64,000 nucleotides of DNA from an uncultured Alphaproteobacteria bacterium. Its GTDB lineage: Bacteria > Pseudomonadota > Alphaproteobacteria > Rs-D84. Both the position numbers and the translations under genes were made by a program. The DNA lies in contig CALXMC010000002.1 of NCBI GenBank assembly GCA_944389385.1, forward strand, positions 15,353 to 79,352, written 5' to 3'. The notes below the pieces were generated by a model. That model worked only from the letters and a program-made list of their open reading frames with translations, had not been told where the DNA came from and made no database searches. This document shows positions 39,469-48,175 of the stretch, piece after piece; the first letter of the stretch is position 1; the number at the start of each line of letters is the position of its first letter.

Positions 39469-40581
39469 TTAACGATTGGTTAATTGTAATTCTATACGAC
39501 GATTTTGTTGCAAACTGGTCGCGTCGGTACCCAAAGTAACAGGGTGTAAATCGCCAAAACCACTGGGAACCAGGCGACGACGCGATACACCATTGGCCGC
39601 CAATTCGGTCGCCACAGCGTTCGCACGCAACAATGACAGTTCCATATTATTCGAATAATCGCGCGTGCCACGCATAACTTGTTTGCGATCTGTATGTCCG
39701 TCAACGCGGATAATCCAATCGATGTCTGTCGGGATTTTGTCTTCCAAATCGCGGATTACCTTTGCAATCAAGCGCAGTTGATTTTTACCCTCGGGCGACA
39801 GGGTATAAGAACCACTGCTGAACAAAATATCGCTGGAAATTATGAAACGGTCGCCTTGGGCCTCGATAAATTTTTCTTCGCCAAGTGCGTCTTTTATTCC
39901 GCGGTAAAATTCAGATTGGTATTGTGCAACGTCATTTAATTCTGCGACTTTATCGGCCAAAGCCTGGTTCAATCGATTCGACATTTCCAGATATTCTATG
40001 TCTTTTTGGTTTGATTCTTCTTGGGCGGCATCCAGTGCGGCCTGTAACTTATTTAATTGTTCGGCCAATTCTGCACGTTGTGCTGACATTTCTTGCTGTA
40101 ATGCGCGGCGTTCTTGTTCCAGTTCAGCGGTGCGTTGTTTGTCCAAGTTGGCCTGATTCAATTGGGTGGTTAATTCAGCGACCTGGGCCGACAAATCCGC
40201 GCCCTGGGTTTGTAATTCTGCGACTTTGGCCTCGTAATCTGCAATCAGTTCATCCATTGTCATATCAACCTGTTGCAGTTCGGTGGTTAATTGGTTGTTA
40301 TTTGCAGATAAATTTTCCAATTCGGCACGCGCCAAAATCAGTAAACGTTTGGCTTCTTCTTCGTCGGCAGTCATTTGCACAATGCGTTCAGATTGTTCTG
40401 CGTTGATTTTTTTCAAATCAGCCACCGTTTTCGCACCTGTGTCACGGTTAAATACACTGGTTGTTGTCCATAAAAACACAAACACAATCAACAAAAATAT
40501 AAGTATAATCACCAGGTTCGAAAACAAATCAACGAACGCAGGCCAAGTGTTTGCACGTTCACGAAATCTGAAATTCATCAT
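39469..40581 (-). CDS. MotB/OmpA-like peptidoglycan-binding protein with long coiled coil
   Basis: TM segment WPAFVDLFSNLVIILIF (conserved Asp), coiled coil, ILFSSGS, VDGHTD, NMELSLLRA, GFGD, NRRIEL. Confidence 0.88.
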   Translation of the reverse strand: MMNFRFRERANTWPAFVDLFSNLVIILIFLLIVFVFLWTTTSVFNRDTGAKTVADLKKINAEQSERIVQMTADEEEAKRLLILARAELENLSANNNQLTTELQQVDMTMDELIADYEAKVAELQTQGADLSAQVAELTTQLNQANLDKQRTAELEQERRALQQEMSAQRAELAEQLNKLQAALDAAQEESNQKDIEYLEMSNRLNQALADKVAELNDVAQYQSEFYRGIKDALGEEKFIEAQGDRFIISSDILFSSGSYTLSPEGKNQLRLIAKVIRDLEDKIPTDIDWIIRVDGHTDRKQVMRGTRDYSNNMELSLLRANAVATELAANGVSRRRLVPSGFGDLHPVTLGTDATSLQQNRRIELQLTNR

Positions 40582-40605
40582 TTTTCTCTCTCTTTTTTTG
40601 GGACC

Positions 40606-41355
40606 TTATTGTGTAACTGTGTTTTTTATTTGGCGCAGATTGTCATTTATCTGGGGCAGAACAGTTGCGACTGTATCCGTGGTTGCGACACTTGTGTGTG
40701 CAGACAGATAATCTTCAACCTCGCGGAAAATGGCATTCTGAGCCAATTGAACCTGTAACCCCAGGAATCCGACAGCCAAACTGCCCGCCAATCCCATCAG
40801 TGAACTGGTAAATGCGGTCGCCATGCCCGACAAAGGGCGGGTCAGGCCGGCCTGCATATTTTGTAAAACCGATTCGTCCGAAAAATCCAAAGCACCGATT
40901 AAGTCTGCAAATCCGCCGACGGTTAAAATCAGTCCCCAAAATGTTCCCAATAATCCCAAAAATATCAGCGTGTTTGTGATATACCGCACCGATTCGCGTG
41001 AATCTTCGAAACGATTCAAAATCATTTCCAACATGCCGTTCAATGTTGTCCCAGATATGCGGACGGGGCGTGCACGCAATATCAACGCCACGGGCCGCAA
41101 CAAACGCGGGGGCAGGGCAACCCGTTTGCGGCCTGAAAAATACGCACGTGCCCATTTGTATTCGGGTAATAATTTGAATATTTCAACAAAGCACAGTCCA
41201 ATTCCGAAAACAGTTGTACCAATGATGATGCCGTTTAATAACACGTTTGCCGCCGCTATGCGTAAAAATGGCGCATAGAACAAAATCAACCCAACCAACA
41301 ATAATGCTGTGAACAAAGCCATGCGGTTAAGTGCGTTATGGAATTGGCGTGTCAT
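40606..41355 (-). CDS. MotA/TolQ/ExbB proton-channel family protein
   Basis: LIFLGLLGTFWGL, GMATAFTSSLMGL. Confidence 0.85.
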   Translation of the reverse strand: MTRQFHNALNRMALFTALLLVGLILFYAPFLRIAAANVLLNGIIIGTTVFGIGLCFVEIFKLLPEYKWARAYFSGRKRVALPPRLLRPVALILRARPVRISGTTLNGMLEMILNRFEDSRESVRYITNTLIFLGLLGTFWGLILTVGGFADLIGALDFSDESVLQNMQAGLTRPLSGMATAFTSSLMGLAGSLAVGFLGLQVQLAQNAIFREVEDYLSAHTSVATTDTVATVLPQINDNLRQIKNTVTQ

Positions 41356-41495
41356 GAATCTCTCTTCTTTTGGTACCTTTACAATGATGGTAGTAAATTT
41401 TTATCGTTCAAGTCAAGCGGTTACATCACCGTATCTTTGGTTATTAACACAACATCCGCATGGTATGGTACAGAAAAAGTTTGTGAATATGGATG

Positions 41496-42059
41496 TTAAT
41501 CCAAAAATGTCGTGCATGGGTCAGACTGCAATTTCTGCAAGTCTGCTTGGTCGCTTTCGGAATTGTCATAGAACAGATAAAACACGACTTTTCTGTCCGT
41601 TTTTTTATCTTCCTGGGAACCTGTTTTTACTTTGGCACATTGTGCGCCGACCCCACGACTTATAATTTTTACGTTTTCTGGCCGATTTTTCCAATTGGTT
41701 TGGATATAATCAGCCGCTGACAGTGCGCGTTTTGCTGATAATTGTTCGTTTGTACAAATCTTTTCTTTTGCGCACAAATCAGAAGTTTGGATAATCTTGT
41801 TGTTGTCTGTATGCGCAATCAAATACAATGTTGCAGGATAATCTGTAAACGATGCCGCATTTTCTTCAAATTTTTCAATAACATCATCCAAAACTTTACT
41901 ATTTTCTATCTTATACACCCCATCACCAAACAAAGACTCATTATACAGCCTCAATAACTCTGATGATTCCGTTTCTTCGGCCTGTGGGGCGTCTTCCTTT
42001 TCCTGTGTACTTGGTTGATCTGGATAACATCTGCCATTACCGGTATTCAAGGACTGCAA
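41496..42059 (-). CDS. 5'-truncated OmpA-like C-terminal cassette, paralogous to the 3' end of 43484-45373
   Basis: No signal peptide or RBS. About 77 codons near the start are almost identical to the 43484-45373 product, then a divergent OmpA-like tail (HTD..NEQLSAKRA..RGVG..DRKVVF). Confidence 0.8.
   Translation of the reverse strand: MQSLNTGNGRCYPDQPSTQEKEDAPQAEETESSELLRLYNESLFGDGVYKIENSKVLDDVIEKFEENAASFTDYPATLYLIAHTDNNKIIQTSDLCAKEKICTNEQLSAKRALSAADYIQTNWKNRPENVKIISRGVGAQCAKVKTGSQEDKKTDRKVVFYLFYDNSESDQADLQKLQSDPCTTFLD
41806..42037 (-). repeat. Left arm of 232-bp inverted repeat (partner 44763-44994)
   Basis: Manual alignment gives 232 bp with 5 mismatches. Confidence 0.95.
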
Positions 42060-42188
42060 ACGGCATAAAGCCCAAAAGAAAAAGAACCAGAATTCCGCCT
42101 TTTTTTATCTTTGAAAAATGCCGAAAAAAAAGGTTGGATTTTTTTGGCAAAATATGGGATAATGTCAAGGATCAGAAAGAATGAGAGA

Positions 42189-43487
42189 ATGAAGTTATTT
42201 CGCAGTATTTTTATTGCCGTCATTGTGATAGTTCCTGGTTTGGCGCGGGGTGAAGTTGCTAAGTTTCCAAAAGAGTATACTATGGACGCTGCCAATTCGC
42301 CAGTTTTTTATAATTCTATGATCCAACAACTTTGTGTGGGTGGCGACGGTACCATGGTGTTTATGGGATTACAGGCCATAAGGATAAATTGTACCAATGG
42401 TTGGAAAAATAACGCCGAACCAACCCAAGCAGAATTTGACAAAGCATATGATGCAGCATTGTCAACGGCCGGGATTGGTAACAGTGCCGCTGAGAAAAGT
42501 ACGAAAAACACCGATACAGTTGTATCCAGAAATACAACATCACGTGGTGGTTCTGCATCCGTTGCTACGTCGACAGTGCCGGCGTCGGGAAATCGAACGG
42601 ATTATACAGTTGTCGGCAATATTGTTCGTTACACTGGTATGATTTCTGATTGGGATTTTGTAAATGCTGATTTAAACACGGGTGGTCGCAAGGCCTTTGA
42701 CAATCATTTGACGGAAAAATTCTGTATGACCACCGCGGGTAACAACGTTACTGTTGACCAGGCAGGCATAGTAATTACCTGCAATACGATAAAACCAGAA
42801 AGTATGCGCCCCAACAGTTTATTGGAAGAATATTATTACGCCCTGTGTCGTGGCAAATGTGCTGATGGTGGGGGCACATACAGCAGCGGCAGTGGAACTG
42901 GTGACGGATGCGTTTGTAAAGGAATCGTCAAGCCCGAACCCATCCCAGAATATGATGCAGAAAAATTAGAGAGATTAAATGCCCAGGTCGCACGTCAAGC
43001 GGATAAAAGTATAAGCAAAGATGTGAAACAATTAGAACAGGAATCCGATAAGGAACTGCAAAAAGATGTAAAGGCTGACTCGCGCCAGTTGGACAAGGAT
43101 ATTCAAACGGAATTCAACGATATTGACGAAAGTACAGAAAAACTGACGGACGAATTAAATCGCCAAAAGTTCGAGTCCGATATGGAACAGGCTGCAATCG
43201 ATGATGCGTTAATTTCCGTCGATGAAATAAATTCAGAATCCGATAAGGAACTGCAAAAACAGCTAGAATGTGAATCTAAAAATCCACCAAAGGCGGCCAA
43301 GAAAAATTTCCTTGGTATTTGGGTCTGTGTTGATACCCAGGAAACTGTTGATGCACGCAAGGCTGCGCGGGCAACAAATAAAATCTTAAACGCATTCTGG
43401 AACGAAATGGAAGACTTGGAACGTGCATTTAATAAACGCGTGCGCCAGTTGCGACGTGATGCCAAACGCGATGGGGATGACAAATGA
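42189..43487 (+). CDS. Secreted hypothetical protein with Cys motifs and acidic coiled coil
   Basis: Signal-like MKLFRSIFIAVIVIVPGLARG at ATG 42189; putative -10 gataat near 42157; stop overlaps the start of the next gene (ATGA). Confidence 0.8.
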   Translation: MKLFRSIFIAVIVIVPGLARGEVAKFPKEYTMDAANSPVFYNSMIQQLCVGGDGTMVFMGLQAIRINCTNGWKNNAEPTQAEFDKAYDAALSTAGIGNSAAEKSTKNTDTVVSRNTTSRGGSASVATSTVPASGNRTDYTVVGNIVRYTGMISDWDFVNADLNTGGRKAFDNHLTEKFCMTTAGNNVTVDQAGIVITCNTIKPESMRPNSLLEEYYYALCRGKCADGGGTYSSGSGTGDGCVCKGIVKPEPIPEYDAEKLERLNAQVARQADKSISKDVKQLEQESDKELQKDVKADSRQLDKDIQTEFNDIDESTEKLTDELNRQKFESDMEQAAIDDALISVDEINSESDKELQKQLECESKNPPKAAKKNFLGIWVCVDTQETVDARKAARATNKILNAFWNEMEDLERAFNKRVRQLRRDAKRDGDDK

Positions 43488-45373
43488 TGAAAAGACCATT
43501 GGTTGCCGCTTTGATGTTGTTGTATCCGTTGGTTGCGTTTGGTGCCGCCAAGACTGATGGTGTTGATACATCCAGTTTGGAAAACGCACAAACGTTCGAT
43601 GATTTGAAAGCCGCTTACCAGGATACTTCAAATGAAGTGATGAAAAAATATGATAAGCAGATTGATCGAGAGGAAATTATTGCAGCCCAGGGTCAAGTCT
43701 TGGAGAATATAGAAGCGTTAGACGAAGTGCTTGCAGAAGACGCGTTAAAAGCAGAAAAAGAAGCAAAAAAGAACCAAGACTCAGAGCCCGATGCGACATT
43801 ATCAGAAGAAGATTCATTGGCGCAGATAGAAGAATTACAGGCGAATGCGGACGCTATGCGTGAAAAAGAACAATCGTTTGGTAATCGTATGGTTGGTGGT
43901 GCAGCCATGGGCACGATGGGGATTGGGGGTCAGATGATAGGTTCTGCGTTGGCGGAACAAAGCGCTGATTCAGATGCAGAAATGGATATGGCTGCATACC
44001 TTGCGACATTCAAATGCGATTATGGTGCCGGGAAAAATATCGCGGGCGGTACGCTGAATGTGGAATTGCCTGGTGCGAATATATTATTGCCGATATATAC
44101 AGAATACGTAACATTGGCGGCGGATTTGAAGACTCGGAAAGAAGCGTTGGGGATGGCGCCAGGGATAGAATCGAACGAGATATTGGATGCGGCGACATCT
44201 GGTTTATATGACAATGTGTCGACTGGGGTGACGGGTGGTGCGTATGCGTCGATTGCGCGCGCGCTGATGAATCCCGAGGGTGCGGATGCAGCGGCCTGGG
44301 CGGCACAAAAGGCGGAAACGTCTGAACAATTAAAGGCAGGTGCGATAACGGCTGGGGTTGGTGCCTTGGTTGGGATAAGTGGCAATGTATTGCTGAACGA
44401 GATAGGTCCGAACAAGGTTGAAGAACGCAGTGATGAAATAATGTCTGAATACGACAAGAAACGCCGCATCATCCGCGAAGAGTTGGAAGAAGTAGAAGAA
44501 GATTCATTGGAACAACAAATCACTGAAGCCCCCGACGTCGAACCGTTTAAGATAAGTGATGCGGAGTTGGCATGTCAATCTGTGGGAACGTGGGATGCAG
44601 AGTTAAATACCTGTCATTGCAATAATGGAAATCCATGGGATTTTGATAATTTGGTTTGCATGGGTGATGAAGTGATAAATGGAGATAGTTGTTTTGATTC
44701 TGGTGGTGAATGGGATGGTGATAAGTGTGTGTGTCCAGATAAGTATAGGTTGAATCCCAGTGATGGCAGATGTTATCCAGATCAACCAAGTACACAGGAA
44801 AAGGAAGACGCCCCACAGGCCGAAGAAACGGAATCACCAGAGTTATTGAGGCTGTATAATGAGTCTTTGTTTGGTGATGGGGTGTATAAGATAGAAAATA
44901 GTAAAGTTTTGGATGATGTTATTGAAGATTTTGAAGAAAATGCGGCATCGTTTACAGATTATCCTGCAACGTTGTATTTGATTGCACATACAGATCGTGA
45001 TGATGTTCGGAAAAATTCTTCTTTGTGTCGAAATGATAAGATTTGTGACAATGATGCGCTTTCCGAGGCGCGGGCGAATTCGGTAAAGAATTATTTGAAA
45101 GAACATTGGCCAAGTAATCTGACCGATGTAAAAATAAAAACGCAGGCCGCTGGGGAAAAATGTGCAGATCAGAGTGCAATTAGCGACGACAAACAGAAAT
45201 TAGACCGAAAAGTCGTGTTTTATCTGTTCTTTGATGATGTTAAAGCTGATCAGGAGTATTACGAGCAGTTACAGGACAATCCCTGTTATAAGTTAAACAG
45301 AAAATCAAGTACTGTAAGTGAAGCGGTTAGAGAGACAAATGTTTTGAAAAAATTGTTTAAAAACATGGCTTAA
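43484..45373 (+). CDS. Secreted protein with glycine zippers, Cys-rich mini-repeats and C-terminal OmpA-like domain
   Basis: Signal peptide, GGAAMGTMGIGG, AGVGALVGISG, CxxxGxW..CxC repeats, HTD...NDALSEARANSVKNYL...DRKVVF. Confidence 0.85.
   Translation: MMKRPLVAALMLLYPLVAFGAAKTDGVDTSSLENAQTFDDLKAAYQDTSNEVMKKYDKQIDREEIIAAQGQVLENIEALDEVLAEDALKAEKEAKKNQDSEPDATLSEEDSLAQIEELQANADAMREKEQSFGNRMVGGAAMGTMGIGGQMIGSALAEQSADSDAEMDMAAYLATFKCDYGAGKNIAGGTLNVELPGANILLPIYTEYVTLAADLKTRKEALGMAPGIESNEILDAATSGLYDNVSTGVTGGAYASIARALMNPEGADAAAWAAQKAETSEQLKAGAITAGVGALVGISGNVLLNEIGPNKVEERSDEIMSEYDKKRRIIREELEEVEEDSLEQQITEAPDVEPFKISDAELACQSVGTWDAELNTCHCNNGNPWDFDNLVCMGDEVINGDSCFDSGGEWDGDKCVCPDKYRLNPSDGRCYPDQPSTQEKEDAPQAEETESPELLRLYNESLFGDGVYKIENSKVLDDVIEDFEENAASFTDYPATLYLIAHTDRDDVRKNSSLCRNDKICDNDALSEARANSVKNYLKEHWPSNLTDVKIKTQAAGEKCADQSAISDDKQKLDRKVVFYLFFDDVKADQEYYEQLQDNPCYKLNRKSSTVSEAVRETNVLKKLFKNMA
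44763..44994 (+). repeat. Right arm of 232-bp inverted repeat (partner 41806-42037)
   Basis: atggcagatgttatccagatcaacc...attgcacatacaga matches the reverse complement of 41806-42037. Confidence 0.95.
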
Positions 45374-45422
45374 AATATGTATTTATGCGAGTTTTTCCCG
45401 CACGGGTTGTGCGGGATTTTTT

Positions 45423-45760
45423 AGTTACTCGTGACTTGTTACTCGTGTTTCATCCTTTGCCAGGGCTTCGGGTGATAAGTCCCCACCCCCCGTCGCGCTT
45501 TGCGCGACACCCCCCGCCCCCACACCGGGCCCCGCGCAAACAAAGTTTGCGTGGGTGGATTCTGGGGCGGTGGGCATTCGTACGACCGACGCGACGAATT
45601 ATTGTAATTCTTTCCACTCTTGGGCGGTGGGGATTAGACCACCCCGGCACTTCGTGCCACCCCTCCGCAGAGGGGAACCTAGACCGCGACGGTATGGTCT
45701 AAGTTCCCCTCCATTGGAGGGGGGGCGGTCACCAGACCGCCGGGGTGGTTAGAGACTGCG
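45423..45760. repeat. Composite palindromic repeat cluster 5
   Basis: gttactcgtg, catcctttgccagggcttcgggtga, ggggcggtgggcattcgtacgaccg...ctttccactcttgggcggtgg, accaccccggcacttcgtgccacccctcc. Confidence 0.88.
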
Positions 45761-45786
45761 ACCTTTTGTAGCTTTTAACAAAACGC

Positions 45787-45869
45787 TTGATTTTATTAAA
45801 ATTTTCGGCATAATTGGTGGGATTCCTGCTGACGACATGGGGTTGTCGGCTGTATAAACCAAAGGAAAC
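45787..45869 (+). promoter_or_regulatory. rpsF promoter and probable S6:S18 autoregulatory leader
   Basis: TTGATT-N16-CATAAT. In the leader, TTCCT (45823) can pair with the SD-containing AGGAA (45863) around an inner hairpin gctgacgac/gttgtcggc, leaving CCA unpaired before the SD, as described for S6:S18 leaders. Confidence 0.55.
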
Positions 45870-45874
45870 TTTGA

Positions 45875-46213
45875 ATGGCTTACTATGAAAGCGTCCTGGT
45901 TTTTCGCCAGGATCTGACCGAACCGCAGGTCAAAGAAAAAGCGGCAAAATATGCTGACATTGTTCGCGAATTGGGCGGGGATGTTAAATCTACCGAGTTT
46001 TGGGGATTGAAAAATCTGGCCTATATCATCCGTAAAAATCGCAAGGCACACTATGTTATGTTGAATATCGATTTGCCGGGCGACAAATTGGCGGAATATG
46101 AACGGCGTGCCCGTATCGACGAAGACGTTATTCGTTTCTTGAACGTTCGTGTCGATGAATTATCAGATGCGCCGTCAATCATGATGAAAAAGAATACCGA
46201 GGAGGCTGAATAA
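45875..46213 (+). CDS. rpsF: 30S ribosomal protein S6
   Basis: [40 protein letters not shown]. Confidence 0.97.
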   Translation: MAYYESVLVFRQDLTEPQVKEKAAKYADIVRELGGDVKSTEFWGLKNLAYIIRKNRKAHYVMLNIDLPGDKLAEYERRARIDEDVIRFLNVRVDELSDAPSIMMKKNTEEAE

Positions 46214-46440
46214 TGGCAGTTCGTGCAGCAATTTATCGTAAGAAATCTAACCCATTAAAGGGCAAGGTTATCGATTACAAAGATGTTAAAACACTGTTGC
46301 GTTTTATCACTGAACGCGGCAAAATTGTTCCGTCGCGTATCAGTGGCGTGTCCCAGAAAGATCAGCGCGAGTTGGCAAAAGCCATCAAGCGCGCACGGCA
46401 TTTAGGGTTGTTGCCATTCGTTCGTAACAATCTGGGATAA
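46213..46440 (+). CDS. rpsR: 30S ribosomal protein S18
   Basis: [46 protein letters not shown]. Confidence 0.97.
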   Translation: MAVRAAIYRKKSNPLKGKVIDYKDVKTLLRFITERGKIVPSRISGVSQKDQRELAKAIKRARHLGLLPFVRNNLG

Positions 46441-46483
46441 AAATCAATCATAGCGCACCATCTGCGCGCGGTTGGGCTTGCTC

Positions 46484-46712
46484 ATGTATGTCAAATACAC
46501 TACGCAATCCCAACCGGACGCATCTGGTACGTTATGATTGATTTTGCGGGGTCTGGGGTGAACGCTGCCAATCCCCGCACATAATCGCCCCAGGTGTGTA
46601 CGGTTTGTGTAATGTATGTCAAATACACTACGCAATCCCAACCGGACGCATCTGGTACGTTATGATTGATTTTGCGGGGTCTGGGGTGAACGCTGCCAAT
46701 CCCCGCACATAA
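46484..46712 (+). repeat. Two identical 101-bp direct repeats (46484-46584, 46612-46712) with a 27-bp spacer
   Basis: atgtatgtcaaatacactacgc...ccccgcacataa occurs twice. Confidence 0.95.
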
Positions 46713-46773
46713 CTGAATCAGGTACAGAAAAATATTTGGGTTTTACCCTAACTTGAAATAAAGGACAGATAAA

Positions 46774-47385
46774 ATGAAAATTATTTTAACAGAAAAAATT
46801 ACAAAATTGGGCAACATCGGCGATACTGTCGAGGTTAAAACAGGTTTCGCACGCAATTATTTGTTGCCATTGGGCAAGGCTATGCGTTGGTCGCGTGAAA
46901 ATGTGGCTTTGTTCGAAGCGAAAAAGGCTGAATTGCAGGCGCGTCAGGATGCCGCACGTAAATCTGCCGAGGCCAATGTGGATGCGGTTAAAAATGCAAA
47001 ATTGTATATGATTCGTCAGGCCGGTGATACAGGTCAATTGTATGGTTCTGTTTCTACGCGCGATATTGCGCGCACATTGCGCGAGATTGCAAATGTTGCA
47101 GTTGAATCAGCCCAGGTTATGTTGGGCGCGCCGATTAAATCAGTTGGTGTGTTCGATACGCAAATTGCTTTGCATCCGGATGTTATCGTTCCGGTCAAAG
47201 TATATGTGGCACAAACCCAAGATGAAATCGAGGCTCTGGTTGCGGGTAAAGTTCTGACGTTCGGTAATACAAAGACCGAAGAAGAGGAATCCGAGAATGC
47301 AGCGGAATCCGCAGATGAACAACCGGCTGAACAACAGCCAACAGAAGAAGCGCCGGTCGAAGAAAAAGCGGCAGACGCAGAATAA
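46774..47385 (+). CDS. rplI: 50S ribosomal protein L9 with acidic C-terminal tail
   Basis: MKIILTEKITKLG.IGDTVEVKTGFARNYLLP.GKA, GQLYGSV, LHPDV. Confidence 0.97.
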   Translation: MKIILTEKITKLGNIGDTVEVKTGFARNYLLPLGKAMRWSRENVALFEAKKAELQARQDAARKSAEANVDAVKNAKLYMIRQAGDTGQLYGSVSTRDIARTLREIANVAVESAQVMLGAPIKSVGVFDTQIALHPDVIVPVKVYVAQTQDEIEALVAGKVLTFGNTKTEEEESENAAESADEQPAEQQPTEEAPVEEKAADAE

Positions 47386-47412
47386 AAAAATCGCCCATCT
47401 GGGCGATTTTTT
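47384..47412. terminator. Intrinsic terminator
   Basis: aaaaaaatcgccc-atct-gggcgatttttt; the same stem occurs at about 49008-49038. Confidence 0.8.
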
Positions 47413-47452
47413 ATTAAATTTTTTATCGGGCTTGTTATATAATGGGCGCGAA

Positions 47453-48106
47453 ATGAAGTTGGATTCTGTTGGTGTTTTAATAAATTTGCGTCCCTTTGGT
47501 GAACGGGATTGTGTCGCACATGTTTTTACCCGTGATTTCGGTGTAATGTGTGGTGTTATGCGCGGGGCCCAGGTCGCACGAAAAAACAGACCGTTAATTG
47601 GACAAATTGGCGATGTTTCATGGAATGCGCGACTGGATTCACAGTTGGGTGCGTTTCATTGGGAGTCTGAAAAAAATTTGGCTGCACCGTTGATGATGCG
47701 GCATGAGACATTATCATATATGAATGCGACATTCGCTTTGGTTGATGCTTTGTTGCCAGAACGAGAACAGTTTTGTACGTTATATAACGAAACAATCGAA
47801 CTGATGCGCGAGTTAAACGGAAATAACCCAAAACAGGCGTATTTGGTGTGGGAAATTTCGCTTTTGCGTGAATTGGGATATGCGCTGAATTTAACGGCTT
47901 GTTCAGGATGTGGAACTTGCGAAAATTTAATGTATTTATCGCCGCGGACTGGGCGGGCGGTATGTGAAAAATGTGCCGCGCCGTATATCGAAAAATTGTA
48001 TAAATTGCCGTTGGATTTAAGTGTTACTGGGGCGTTTTTGGAACGGGCTTGCGCGGCCCAAGGTGTTGATTTGCCGTGCGCACGAAAAAAGTTGAAAATC
48101 TGGTAA
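47453..48106 (+). CDS. recO: DNA repair protein RecO
   Basis: RPFGE.D...VFTRDFG, WNARLDSQLG, WEISLLRELGYALNLTACSGCG, YLSPRTGRAV. Confidence 0.9.
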   Translation: MKLDSVGVLINLRPFGERDCVAHVFTRDFGVMCGVMRGAQVARKNRPLIGQIGDVSWNARLDSQLGAFHWESEKNLAAPLMMRHETLSYMNATFALVDALLPEREQFCTLYNETIELMRELNGNNPKQAYLVWEISLLRELGYALNLTACSGCGTCENLMYLSPRTGRAVCEKCAAPYIEKLYKLPLDLSVTGAFLERACAAQGVDLPCARKKLKIW

Positions 48107-48175
48107 ATATTCCCTTGCACAATAATTTTTTTTTCAGTATGGTGGGGTTGTTCAACAGAATAAAAGGAGAAAATT

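Noticed and set aside
39469-41355. Zorya (ZorAB) defence system or flagellar motAB
   Set aside because: No zorC/D/E-like or flagellar genes adjacent, and the A subunit lacks the long cytoplasmic tail of ZorA.
41806-44994. Diversity-generating retroelement TR/VR pair
   Set aside because: No reverse transcriptase in the window; only 5 mismatches, not all at adenines of one copy; both copies continue as coding frames.
46484-46712. CRISPR array
   Set aside because: Only two units, 101 bp long (far above CRISPR repeat length), one spacer, and no cas genes in the window.
47297-47452. Extended start of recO; likewise the longer ORF-track starts for infA, rpmB, ccrM, nrdR and 42111
   Set aside because: The extensions overlap upstream genes, terminators or promoters; family homology or signal peptides begin at the downstream ATGs used.
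47453-48106. recO as a dedicated recombinase for the nearby invertible locus
   Set aside because: Ordinary housekeeping gene separated by a ribosomal operon; proximity alone is not evidence.
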